NCBI RefSeq assembly: GCF_001194135.2
Contig: NC_068990.1
Location: 88,650,286-88,714,285, forward strand
Direction: 5' to 3'
Source: Octopus bimaculoides
Taxonomy: Eukaryota
DNA: 64,000 nucleotides
Positions 12,089 through 25,253 of the stretch are shown one piece after another (the stretch's first letter is position 1; every line of letters begins with the position of its first letter). The notes under the pieces were generated by a model. It ran no database searches. It saw only the letters and a program-made list of their open reading frames with translations, and had not been told where the DNA came from. The translations under genes were made by a program, and so were the position numbers.

Positions 12089-15000
12089 GTTAACTGATGA
12101 GATTCAAAGATTTTCAGTGTAGAAGACACTTAATAGTGTCAAACTTAGATTTCAGTGTCTTTATAGTGAACCACTTCTGCAGGGTAAAGGATGGCTATAA
12201 GAGGGTCAAGTTGAGCAGATATGGAGGCAACTATGCACATAAACAAATTAAATATATTAAATATAACAGCTTGGGTATGAAATACAAAATATGTATACAT
12301 GCAAAACAAGAGAAAGCAAAGAGTGAACACCTTCAGACAATGGATATTTAAGCATAAACATACAGATCTTTTATTTTAATAGATCAAACTTACACAGAGT
12401 ACAAATGACATAGAAAAGTTTCTCTGTCAAATTTATTCCATTTGCAACTTGCATTTCTATTATGTTATAGTTAAAGCTAGGCTCTCTTTAATTCCATCTT
12501 ATTTATAAGCATTCTAGTGCACCTCTTCATTGTGATGGGTCTGCATCAGTACTGTATCTGTCCTGAATATGTGTATATTTCAGTCTTTTTATGTTAATTT
12601 GTATTGCATCCAACAAGATAGATTTTGGGTCTGTTAAAAATTTATATATCACATCATTAGTATTTTTGTATTTTTCCCCTTCATGGTAGTCATGCAACTC
12701 ATTTGTTAATGGTGTACCTGCTCATTTCTGACCTCACCGCTTATAATGCAAATCTTTCATCTGTACCAGATACCCTTCTTCTTCTTGAAATTTTGTGTTT
12801 GTATTGGAAACTCTTTTTCTTTCCTCACCACACTTCTGCTAATAGCAGCATTCTATCAACTACATTAGTACAATAATACTCAGTAACTACATACCAATTT
12901 TACTTGGAGACTAAACTTTAGGATTTACAAATTGGACTGGTGACGTTTTGTTAAAGCATGGATTATCTGGATTTCTAAATCTATCATGGCTCAATTTTGT
13001 TTGTCTGGTTTCCTTTTCTTCATGGAGCTTACAAGATATTTCACCAGGCTCCTTAACCATTTCCTTTCATGTGATATATGTATGTCTGTATGTGTGTGCA
13101 GATGTCTTCAGTTTGTTATACAGTCAATATCTTTTATTCTAGATTTGTCCTTATCTCCTCATTCTCCCCCTCCTCCTCCTGCCATAGATTCACCGTTGAT
13201 ATCAGTTTCTCTTATCACTTCCAGTTGTTACAAAAGTTAACTGTGGACCTCCAAAGGATGTTGTTGGTGCAAAGAAGTCCTACACTGACACCACCTATAA
13301 ATCTGAAGTGACCTACACATGTCCAGGAGGACAANNNNNNNNNNNNNNNNNNNNNNNNNNNNNNNNNNNNNNNNNNNNNNNNNNNNNNNNNNNNNNNNNN
13401 NNNNNNNNNNNNNNNNNNNNNNNNNNNNNNNNNNNNNNNNNNNNNNNNNNNNNNNNNNNNNNNNNNNNNNNNNNNNNNNNNNNNNNNNNNNNNNNNNNNN
13501 NNNNNNNNNNNNNNNNNNNNNNNNNNNNNNNNNNNNNNNNNNNNNNNNNNNNNNNNNNNNNNNNNNNNNNNNNNNNNNNNNNNNNNNNNNNNNNNNNNNN
13601 NNNNNNNNNNNNNNNNNNNNNNNNNNNNNNNNNNNNNNNNNNNNNNNNNNNNNNNNNNNNNNNNNNNNNNNNNNNNNNNNNNNNNNNNNNNNNNNNNNNN
13701 NNNNNNNNNNNNNNNNNTGGCTGGCTGGCTGGCTGGATGGATGGATGGATGGATGGATGGATGGCTGGCTGGCTGGCTGGAAGGAAGGAGAGAAGATATC
13801 CTCAGATCAGAGGCCTGCCCAGATACATGCAACAGTTTGAACTTCATTAAATATAACCAAGGGTTTGTTACTGGTATTAATCTGGGTGCTGAATTAAGTT
13901 TGCCAACCAAGAACAGCCAGTGTGGATGTATGTTATCCCCAGCAGGCTTCTACATAGTTTCCATCCACCAAATTTCATTCACCATCCTTATTCAAGAAGC
14001 AGATTTTTAACCATGCAGCTATAACTCCAGACAATGCAACATTCTTGTTAAGTAAACTTATAACTGCCACAGCTCTATCTCAGCTAACCTAGCAAGTTTT
14101 TTCTCTTAACTTTCTCTAACTTCAGCTCTCTCACCCATATTTTGTTTCATCCTCTGAAACCCTGTACAACACAATGCACTGTGTGCTTCTTTACAAGAAT
14201 TCAGCAATCATCCAAAACTTCTAATGCTCTAATGGTCTTTCATTCCCCCATCCTAAATTACACTGAGACAAATAATAATGATTTCTGGTTTGGAAAAAAA
14301 ATCTAACAGTTCAAAAGAAAGGGTTTAGCCAATATCATGACCTCCAATATTTGATTCATATTTTATGTTATTGACCAGTTGCATCCAATTTCACAAGAAT
14401 GAAAGATAGAGTTAATATTGACTGGATTTGTACTGAAAACATGAAGAGCCCGAATACATGCCATAAAGCATCTCTTCCTATGACCTAATTAGTATACATG
14501 TATGCATTTAAAATAAAAACAAAAATAATGAAATCCTCTTGAATGTAGAAGGATTTTTAACTAGGATCAATTGAAGAACACCACCATCAAAGAACTCCAA
14601 GGACAAGTGTCCTCTCCAATGAATACTCTTTGACCTACAGGTTTAAGCACTATGGGACCCATCCATTCTCACATCACTTTCAATAATTTTTCTCCTCTCC
14701 ATTCTCATCTTCTTTACAAATGAAACTTTAGAAATACAGATTAGGGATTGACCAAAGAGGGAAGTCCCAATTGTCAGACTTGAACCTCATCCACTACACA
14801 ATCTCTTTTGTTATAACTAGCAGACAGGGGGAAAGGAACTTCTCTGCTCAGTTAGAGGAGGATGTGGGGCAATCATAACGATGAATTTGAATGGCAGCTG
14901 GATATGTCCCACACACAATAACAGCAGTTTGATATAATTCTACAAGTAGCAAATGCCTGGACATGGAACGAGTGCCTGGAACAGCACTCTTGGACAGCAT

Positions 15001-18000
15001 GTCTGATGGCACATCGATGAGAGTAGGTTTATCTTGTACCATTGCCAGGGACATCAGGTTGTTGTCCATAGTATTCTCTGATGAAAACAATCTTTCCAGT
15101 TCATTCTTATCAATGCCTAAAGTATCCATGAGAATATTGGTGCTCTTTCCCCTCAGCTAATCTTCTGTAGATTACTAGAGTGTAACACTCACCAATTCTA
15201 TTTCCCAGGTCAGGTTTCATCTGGTATGTTTAGTATTACATTACATAATCTGACCTTCCCTTCTTAAGATTGTGGAATGTGACTGAGAGAGATTTGTTAG
15301 TATATCTAACATGTTGGACATTCAATAGGGGGCTTCCAACATGGTGGTCAACAGTAAATGTTGACCTTCTGACAGATCTTATACAGCTTATCATTTGGTA
15401 TAATCTGATGCCTAGTTCAACACTATGCTGGATATTTGCTCTGGCTCTATAACTTCTGATTTCAATTCTGCTTTTCCAGGACCTGTAAAATGAAATACCA
15501 GTCAAGTGTCAGAGCCAATTTAATCAATTAACTTTTACCTTAACTTTTTGTCTTCTTTCTACATTAGAAACTAGTGTTGTTTTTAGTGTCTACATTTGTT
15601 TCAATATTCCTTTAATTCCAGTTTCTAAGATCTATTTTGTAAAAGTAAAAGGTGCAGTTCTTGATGTTCCTGGAAAAACATTATTGGAAAATAAAAGTAT
15701 AACAGCAGATGTCTGTGCAGAAAAATGTTTGTCTGACACAAATTGTTTATCATTTGAAATAAAGAAAGAAAGTGGAAAATGTTATTTATCGAAAGTAACT
15801 GCAGCATCCACCAAGAAAATGAAAGCAGCCAAAAGCAGAGATTACTACCAACGAGTAGAACGTAACTATTCTTTGTGTTTCTCTTTTCTACTTTTTGTGA
15901 AACTTGTGATTTCATTTTTACTTCATAATATCGTTTGTTCTAATAGAACATCCACAAGTGGGGATAAATATTACCTCATTATATTAATATTGCTTCTGTC
16001 ACTAATATGTATTTTTCAACAAGCTAACCATCATCTCGTGACACACCAACACCTGTTCTAGCACTGCTTTTCTATATATTGCTGGTGAGGAGATGAATCA
16101 CTGCTGCCTTTAGCAGTCAAGTACCCAACATTGACAAGACCAAAGAACATCAAAGCAACATGATCTAGTGGATTTACCAGCGGAGGCAGCAGGGATTTAT
16201 CTCCCTTCTAGCGATATAAAGAAGAGTGCATTTTGCAGCAAAAAGCCAATATGACTATCTCTCATGGTAACCACAACAGTAAACATCACTTTAGACTTTA
16301 AGACAGGTATTACACAAAGTATACCCAACAGGAAACTTAATAAAGAGAACAGAAAACTTCATGGGGATTTCAACTCCTACTTTCAAACTATAATATCAAA
16401 TTTAGTTGTTAGTATTACGTAAAAAACTCTCTAGTTTATCCACAAAAGGATATATTTTTGATAGCATTTTTTACAGTACAGCAAAGTATTTTGGATTGGC
16501 TTTAGAGAGAATATAGTATAAACAGAGCAACTTCCATCTCCACACCAAAACAGAATTAGAGAGGGACCAACTTTATTCAGTCTTCAGTTCAACCTAAATG
16601 TCTCAATGAACATGACCAGGAACTTTTTATCCTGTAGTAGACACCATTTCTCAGGCACACACAAGTATCACAAGCTTATGAATGTGCATAGGGTTAAAGT
16701 TTGTTACTCTTCCAGCATTGTATGTTACAATAGGACGTGCATACACATATCAAGCTTTTTTTCAAGATGCCTACTTGTAACTGTCAAAATCCATCAAACT
16801 CTCTGCTGAAAGAATTCTACCTTTCTATGTCAGTGGTATATAGAACAACCCTCACTCCAACTGATGGCTTCACAGTGAGACTTACTATCAGTGACTTCAA
16901 GAAAAGTTTCACTTAACTTATATATTCTTTTAAGTTCATGTACAGGGAAAAGTCCACCTCCATGTATAGGTTTATTTGGAGTGTCCAAGAACAGGAAAAT
17001 GATCTACCCAGCATAAACACAAGCTTACTCATCAAATTATAAACAATGTTCTCTGTTCAAACATTACATAATTATACAGAAATACTATGTAATCAGAATT
17101 TTAAAGAAAATATTAGAAAGCCATCTCATTCAGTATTTTTTATATAGACAATGTGTTATCAAAAGCACAGTCGGTCCATGAGAATATTTTTGTGCATAAT
17201 CACCCATCTCAAAATTCATGTGCATTCTATTTTATCATAAGATGTACTTGGAAGCTCACCTAATTGTTTAGGTTGTACATAAATTATATGTATATTACTC
17301 TTCTGCTGGTGTGCTTTCTTCAAGATTAAATGATTTTAACAACACTTGACACATTGGCTAACCATTTGTTGATCAGCACTTAGACAATACTAAATTAATC
17401 AATTAGAAAAAGATATACAAATGATACACAAATTTTGAAGGAAGGTTTCAAATGAGTCTGAAGATGTGCTAAAACTCACATGAATTCCAAGTTGTAATTT
17501 TACGGATCAATTATTTGTTTATAATAAATTGTCTATTTAAATTAAATTATGCACCAGATGCTATATAATGTTTAATGTGTGTGTGTGTGTATGGGATTAT
17601 GAAATGTAATTCTTGTTTTCTTTCTTTTTTTATCTAGCTGATGATGATATTTTAAAATTTAAAAGCACTTCCATACTAGGAAAAGATACATTTAAACGGC
17701 AGGAAAATGTGACCTTAAAGGAGTGTGACCATGCTTGTCATCAAACTCCAGGATGTAACTCTTATGAGTATAAGGAAAAAGCTAAGCTCTGTGATCCAAG
17801 TAATGCGACTCACTTGACTCATGACCTTGAACCCAACAAAAAGGGTTGGGATACTTATGTCATTAATCCAGGTCAGTAAAGTGTTTTCATTTTATTTTAT
17901 TATGCATGTGCTTGCATGAGTGTAGACATACATACATACATACATATGTGACCTCATTGACTATATATCCTGGAAATCTTAGGAAAGAAGTTCCTGTCTG

Positions 18001-21000
18001 TCCTCTTTGGTCTCTACAGAGACGACGCTCTAGCCATCTTTAGAAGAGCCAATGTGCACACACTTGATAGGCCTAGAAAGGACCTGTTTAGTGCCCTAGG
18101 CTCCGTGGGACTCAAAATAAATATTGAGACCAACCTCTCCGCTGTGGACTTCATAAATGTCACTTTAGACTTAGGCTCCAGTACACACAGGCCCTACCTC
18201 AAACCAAACAAGAGGCTGTCATACATCAACACAGCCCCCTGCCATCCCCTATCGTGTTCAAGAACCTTGTGAAAGGTGTCAGAAAGAGGATTTTGAATTT
18301 ATCCTCAAGGCAATAAATTTCTAATGCCACAGCCCCCTATTACAATGAGACACTGGTATCCAGTGGGTTTAAGGACCACATCTCCTATAAGCTGGGCCCT
18401 AGCACCCACAAAAGGAAGTGCTGCCGGAATGTTGTTTGGTCACTCAGTGTCAAGACATATGGGAAGAATATTCCTCAGGTTAGTAGACAAACACTTCATG
18501 CAGACACACAGATACAGGCGTTTTTTCAAAAGGCACAACCTAAGGGTCTCCTTTGGTTGTAAACCCAACATGCAAAGTATATTAGCAAACACCCATAAAA
18601 TGTGGGAGGAGTGTGTATATGTGTGTGGGGGTGGGAGGGGAATATGAGGCTGTGGTGGTACCCAGACCTAGTGACCATAGTAATAACAGCAGTGGTCCAT
18701 CCAACAACGTTGATGGCAATGGCAACAGTGACAGCAGCAGAAACACCGTTGCCATTGCCAACAACCCCAACCCTAGCGCTACTGCCAGAGATGACAACCA
18801 CACCAACACCAGCAGCACCAGTAAAGCTACCAGCCCCATGCCTAGTATCACCAATGACGGCAGCCACATAACCTTCAGCAACTGCAGCAGCAACACTATG
18901 GCCAGGGATGACTTCAACAACAACAGTCACAGTGATATTGTCAGACCCACACTCCCTAATAACAGTACCAATAACAGCTACAGTAACAGTAGTAGTAACA
19001 ACAATATCTCCAGTTCCAGAGCCAATGGAAGATGCACCAGAAATGTGAACAAAACCAACACTGCAATCCGGAAATATATTGGGTCAGCTGGAACTGCCTT
19101 CAAGCAGTGCCTGTACAACTACAGGTGCTCTTTCAGTATTCTGGAAAGACAATTCATCACATCCCTGGCAAGCCATGTGTGGCACCTTAAAGATGGCGTG
19201 ACCATATATGATATCACCACCCTCTTATCATAGACCATGTTCCTATTAATAAAGAACTTAATTGATATTGCTGCCATATCAATAATACAATGTGATCTCC
19301 ATTGACCAATAATTGCCCAGCATTTAGGAGTTATCTTTAATTTGTCTCCTTTGTTGTCTACAAGTATGATATGATAGGTTGGTTTAAGGAGCCTATGAAG
19401 GTTTAAGCTGCATGGAACCAAGTCAAACTGTTATTAAATAATACTTACATATGTACATATATACATACATAAATGCATATATGTAAGTATGACTCTATAT
19501 ATGTATGCATGTATGTATATTTGTGTACTTCAATTTGATTCACTCAATATCTTTTGTTCCAAATGCATCATTATCTCCTTGTTTTCACCCTCTTCCTGAC
19601 ACATACTCACAAATGATATCAATTTCTTTTTTTCATTTTCAGCTTATGCAAATGTTAACTGTGGGCCTCCCAAAGATATTGTTAATACATCAAAGTCCTA
19701 CAAAACCACTGCCTATAAATCTGAAGTACTCTATACTTGTTCAAATGGAGTACAACTAAAGTCAATATGCCAAAAGGACAACAAATGGACACCAGTAGGG
19801 TCTTCCTGTAAAGGTAACATAAACACCTTCTTTCCTATTGCCTCTGTCAAAGTAATTTGTTAAATTTTTGTGTTAAATATCTTTGCCAAAAGAGACTGGT
19901 TGGCTCCATTACAATTTCCATGGTGTTTGTGGCTGGTGGGAAGGAGAGAGGAAGTTATCCTCAGACTAGAGACTTCTCCAAATGCTTGCAAAAATGTGGA
20001 TTCCATTAATATTACCAAAGAGCCAGATAATGCTATTAAATTGGGTGATGAATTCAGTTTGCTGATGAAGAACTTGAAGTCTAGAAACTTGTCACCAGTT
20101 AGCTTCCAAAATGTTTCCATCCAGTAAACTTCATCCTCAAGGATTTTGAAACAAATTTTTAACTACACACACAAAACTCTACCCAATACTACACTGTTGT
20201 TAAGTAAACTTATTAGCTATACTTCACCTCATCTTGATACATTTTGCTCTTAATTTCTAACGTGATCTTTCTCACCCATATTTTATGTCATCATCCAAAA
20301 CTCAGTACAATTTAATGCCCTGAGTCATTCTTTAATAAGACTCTGCAATCCTCTGAAACAAACTTGTACTCCTTTTGCTCTCTCTCAATTCTCCACCCTT
20401 GATTATAACAATACTACTACTACTACTACTACTACTACTAAGAATAATAATAATAACAACAACAACAATACTACTAATAATGATAATAATAAAGATTCTT
20501 GATTTGCACACAAAGCCAACAATTTTTAATGAACAGGTATTGTCATCACCATCAACCTTACAATTTGACTGGTCCTTTATGACATTGACACCCACAAGGA
20601 TGAGAAACAAAGTTAACTTTGGTTTCATTTGAAGTGATGTCCAAAAAGAACCATACTGTAAAGCATGTCTTTCAATTCTCTAATTAGTATCCATGTACTA
20701 ATATCCATGTTCTTGAAAATAAAGATGAGAATGGTGATACAAGCCCCTTAAATCTAGCAGGATTTCTATTGGGGACCAGTTGAAGAAACCTGCCTTTGAA
20801 GATCATCCTGAACACCAAGCTATCAGTCAAGCGTAGAGGCTAATTTAAGTGATCAGTTCTTACCTAAAAATTTGGCCTACTTTTTATGTTAGAATTGTTG
20901 TTGTTATTTTTCATTGGCCTAAATTTTGCTCTACCTTTAGATCCTCAGATCAATTTTGTGAAAATAAAAGATACAGCTCTGGATGTACCTGGGAAAACAT

Positions 21001-23097
21001 CGTTGGATAAGGAAGATGTAACAGCAGATGAATGTGCAGAAGAATGTTTGTCTGATGAAAGCTGTTTATCATTTGAAATAAATAAAGAAAATGGAAAATG
21101 TTACTTATCAGAGAAATCTGCTGCTACTTCCAAGAAATTAAAGGGAGACAAAGACACAGATTACTACCAACGAGTAACACGTAATTATTTTTTGTATTTT
21201 ATTATTGGAATTCTCTTTTCAATTATTTCTGAAATTTGTGACTCCATTTGTACTTCGTACTATATAGCAATAACAGCAGCTTTTTCTAATATTTCTAATA
21301 AGTCTCACATACAATATATCCATGCATGCATAACTACACATATATTCACAACATCAAGTGGCAAGATAAATTTCTAAGTACCACTGTGCTAGAGAGAGCT
21401 AGTATTTCAATTATGTATTCTTTCTGAAGTAAATTCCAGTTGTAATGGAGTTGACATGTAGCATGCATACGTAACTCCAGATTCACTGAATGGATTTTGT
21501 ATGGTGAAGAAGCAGTTGGCTCTTGGTCACATTGTTGACCAAAGAAGACATATAAAGGCACTCACAAGACCAAATTTTGGCCAGCAGTAATTTCTATTGC
21601 TGGATTGAGGACTCAGTGAAAGTTTTCAGAGTCTGGTTTGAACTAAATTTCCAGTTAGTGTGGAACTGGGAAAATATGATCAAGGTAATGGATCTCCCTC
21701 AGAAATGGAACAAGTGGAAGCTCTCCCTGAATAGTTGACCTGCAAGTGCTCCACCCTTATTGCAGCTCTTATTTGTTCTCAAGGTTTTTAATCACTGTTC
21801 CCAAGGCTCTGACAATTATTGGTACTACTATCACCTTTTTCAGCGACCAGAACTGCTTAACTTCCCAAGCTAACCTATCATATCTATCAACTTTTCTTTC
21901 CTCCTTATTGTATACCTTGTTGTCACCCGAACATGCTATATCTATGATCCAGTATCATTATTATTTTTATTCAGGTGGTGAGCCTGCAGAATCATTAGCA
22001 TGCTGGGCATAATGCTTAGCAACATTTCGTTCATCTTTATGTTCTGAGTTCAAATTCCACTAAAGTCAACTTCACATTTTATATTTTTGGGGTCAATAAA
22101 ATAAGTACCAGTTGAGAATTTCAGGCCTTGTGCCTTTAGTAGAAAGGATTATTATCATCATTATTTTGTAGACAATTATGTAGAAGTACTAGCTATTGAA
22201 ATTTTGAATAAAATATTAGAAAATCATCTGGTGCATTGTTTTATAAATGGGTAATATGCTATAAAAAAAAAAACAATCCATCCAGAAAATTATTTTTCAG
22301 CATAAGACTATGTATTCTAGTGCATCAGGACACATAAGCAAAAGCTCATCTCAATGTCACAGTTGTAGGTAATCCATTTGTACATCTGTCTTCTGATGAT
22401 TTGTTTTTCTTTAAGACTGAATGGCCATAGCTAGCACATGATATGTTTAAGGTATTGTCAACCCTACAAATATACACCATGAGAGGAGATGTGTACAAAT
22501 ATATTGTCTGCACCCTATGTATTGAGACAAGCTTTTAAAAGAAGTTAGAAAAATGTTCTATAACATAGATGAAGTCTGATTAAGATATCATTTTGTAGAT
22601 CAGTTATTAGTTTATTAATAGAACATCAAATTAAAAAATCATGCACCACATGCTTTTCAATATTCAATATATGTGTGTGATGCATGTGATGTGTATTTGG
22701 GATTAAGTTGGTGGATGACTATAAAATATATTTCTTGTGTTTTTCTTCCTTTCCAGCTGATGACAAGCCTTTCATGATAAGGAAAGTTAGCGTATCAAAG
22801 AAGACTAAGATAGGACGTCTTCAGGATGTGAAATTAAAGGATTGTAACAAAGTTTGCAATCACTATGCAGGATGTAACTCTTATCAGTACAATGAGCAAG
22901 AGAAGATGTGTGATCTGAGTAATGTGACTCAGATGAGTAATGAACTTAAACCCAACAATGGAAGCTGGGACATATACATAATTAACCCAGGTCAGTAGAG
23001 TGTTTCCAGCTTCTTTATTATATGTATGTCTGTGTTTATTTATATATAAATATATGTATGGGTGCAGAAAACAGATGTTAAAGGGTGATGATGATGA

Positions 23098-23138
<41 letters not shown>

Positions 23139-25206
23139 NNNNNNNNNNNNNNNNNNNNNNNNNNNNNNNNNNNNNNNNNNNNNNNNNNNNNNNNNNNNNN
23201 NNNNNNNNNNNNNNNNNNNNNNNNNNNNNNNNNNNNNNNNNNNNNNNNNNNNNNNNNNNNNNNNNNNNNNNNNNNNNNNNNNNNNNNNNNNNNNNNNNNN
23301 NNNNNNNNNNNNNNNNNNNNNNNNNNNNNNNNNNNNNNNNNNNNNNNNNNNNNNNNNNNNNNNNNNNNNNNNNNNNNNNNNNNNNNNNNNNNNNNNNNNN
23401 NNNNNNNNNNNNNNNNNNNNNNNNNNNNNNNNNNNNNNNNNNNNNNNNNNNNNNNNNNNNNNNNNNNNNNNNNNNNNNNNNNNNNNNNNNNNNNNNNNNN
23501 NNNNNNNNNNNNNNNNNNNNNNNNNNNNNNNNNNNNNNNNNNNNNNNNNNNNNNNNNNNNNNNNNNNNNNNNNNNNNNNNNNNNNNNNNNNNNNNNNNNN
23601 NNNNNNNNNNNNNNNNNNNNNNNNNNNNNNNNNNNNNNNNNNNNNNNNNNNNNNNNNNNNNNNNNNNNNNNNNNNNNNNNNNNNNNNNNNNNNNNNNNNN
23701 NNNNNNNNNNNNNNNNNNNNNNNNNNNNNNNNNNNNNNNNNNNNNNNNNNNNNNNNNNNNNNNNNNNNNNNNNNNNNNNNNNNNNNNNNNNNNNNNNNNN
23801 NNNNNNGCGGACGTTAAACGATGATGATGATGATGATGATATATATATATAAGATACAGAAATAAATCTATTTCCCAAATGTGTGATAATGCTATAAATA
23901 GCGTGATCAGGATAAATTATCCATTTATTGCAGGAAAATACGTTACTGGCCAGCCATGAGACTCGAACTCACATCTCTGTGATTACACGTCAAGTGTTTT
24001 ACCATTAAACTAAACTGCCCAGCAACGAATTCTTCTGCAATTTTAGAACTTGTAAATTTAGCTTCATAAGACGCTAACGTTAAATTCAACTTTACAATGA
24101 AAGTAAACAAACAAAGTTTGTTTTTAGAAGCATTGAGATGTATTGTAAGATACAGAAATATATTTATTACTCAAACACGTGATAATGCTATAAATAGCGT
24201 GATCAGGATAAATTATCCATACATGCTGGCATGGGTTGGATGGCTTGACTAAAGCTAGCAAGCTGGAGAGATGCACCAGACTGCAGTCTGATTTGGCATG
24301 GTTTCTACGGTTGAATGCCCTTCTTAATGCCAACCATTTTATGGTGTGCTGAATGCTTTTACATGGCACCAGCAAGTGCACTTTTATATGGCACCAGCAC
24401 AAGTGCTTTTTATGTGGCACCAGCACAGGATTCTTGCAGGCTAATCCTTTTCACCAAGGGGACTGACCTTAACACTTCTGCTGTGGACCACAGGTCTTCT
24501 TGAGTACAGCAAAGCACCAGGCATCTTGGCCCTTTGACATCTTGCCTGAAAGGCTCAGTGTCCTGATGTTATCATTCAGTACTTTGTTCCATGTCTTCTA
24601 TGTGCCCCATCTATAAAAATATATATTCTATAAAAATACATATAATATTACATATAAATAAGGATTACATGTAAAAAGTTGTGTTTGATAAATGTAGGGG
24701 GCACAAAATGAATGAGAGGTTTATAAATATAGGAATAAAGATATCAGTCTTCAAAATGGCAGACCACCTAAATCGTCTAAAATTTCTAATACATCTAAAA
24801 TATGAAATAAAAGTGACACAAGATATCAAGGTTAAGAACAGTAAACAAAAAGGATCCAAAAGAATAAGAGAGTGTTCCATCTATAGCCGTTTCAGGGGTA
24901 CATTACCAGTCAGAGTTTAAAATGTTAAAACTTCCATATATGTGATGTTCCCATCATCATCATGATGTACTCCTTGGTGGCTGCCATCATATATATGTAT
25001 ATATAGTAAATCCCCAAAAAACGAAGATCAAACACAAGAATGTGGTACATGCAAAGTATTAGCAGATGCTTAGGGAAGGAAAGAAGGTAGTTTTTACATT
25101 TTGAGCAAAGCTCTTTGTCAGAAACAGGAGACGGAAAAAAGTCCAAGAGAAAAGGAAGAAGGAGGGGAAAAAATCACTAATGATCCACATGTGGTTACAT
25201 TTTGAA

Positions 25207-25253
<47 letters not shown>

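Noticed and set aside
13215-13910. Long ORF-track entries across N runs (also 23000-23878, 33138-33605, 46308-47030)
   Set aside because: Open only because N codons translate as X; the flanks are microsatellites.
18602-18871. Thr/Pro-rich mucin-like ORF as a linker exon of the host gene
   Set aside because: It lies inside the Penelope relic, has no counterpart in the paralogous B7-C9 intron and shows no convincing phase-1 splice pair.
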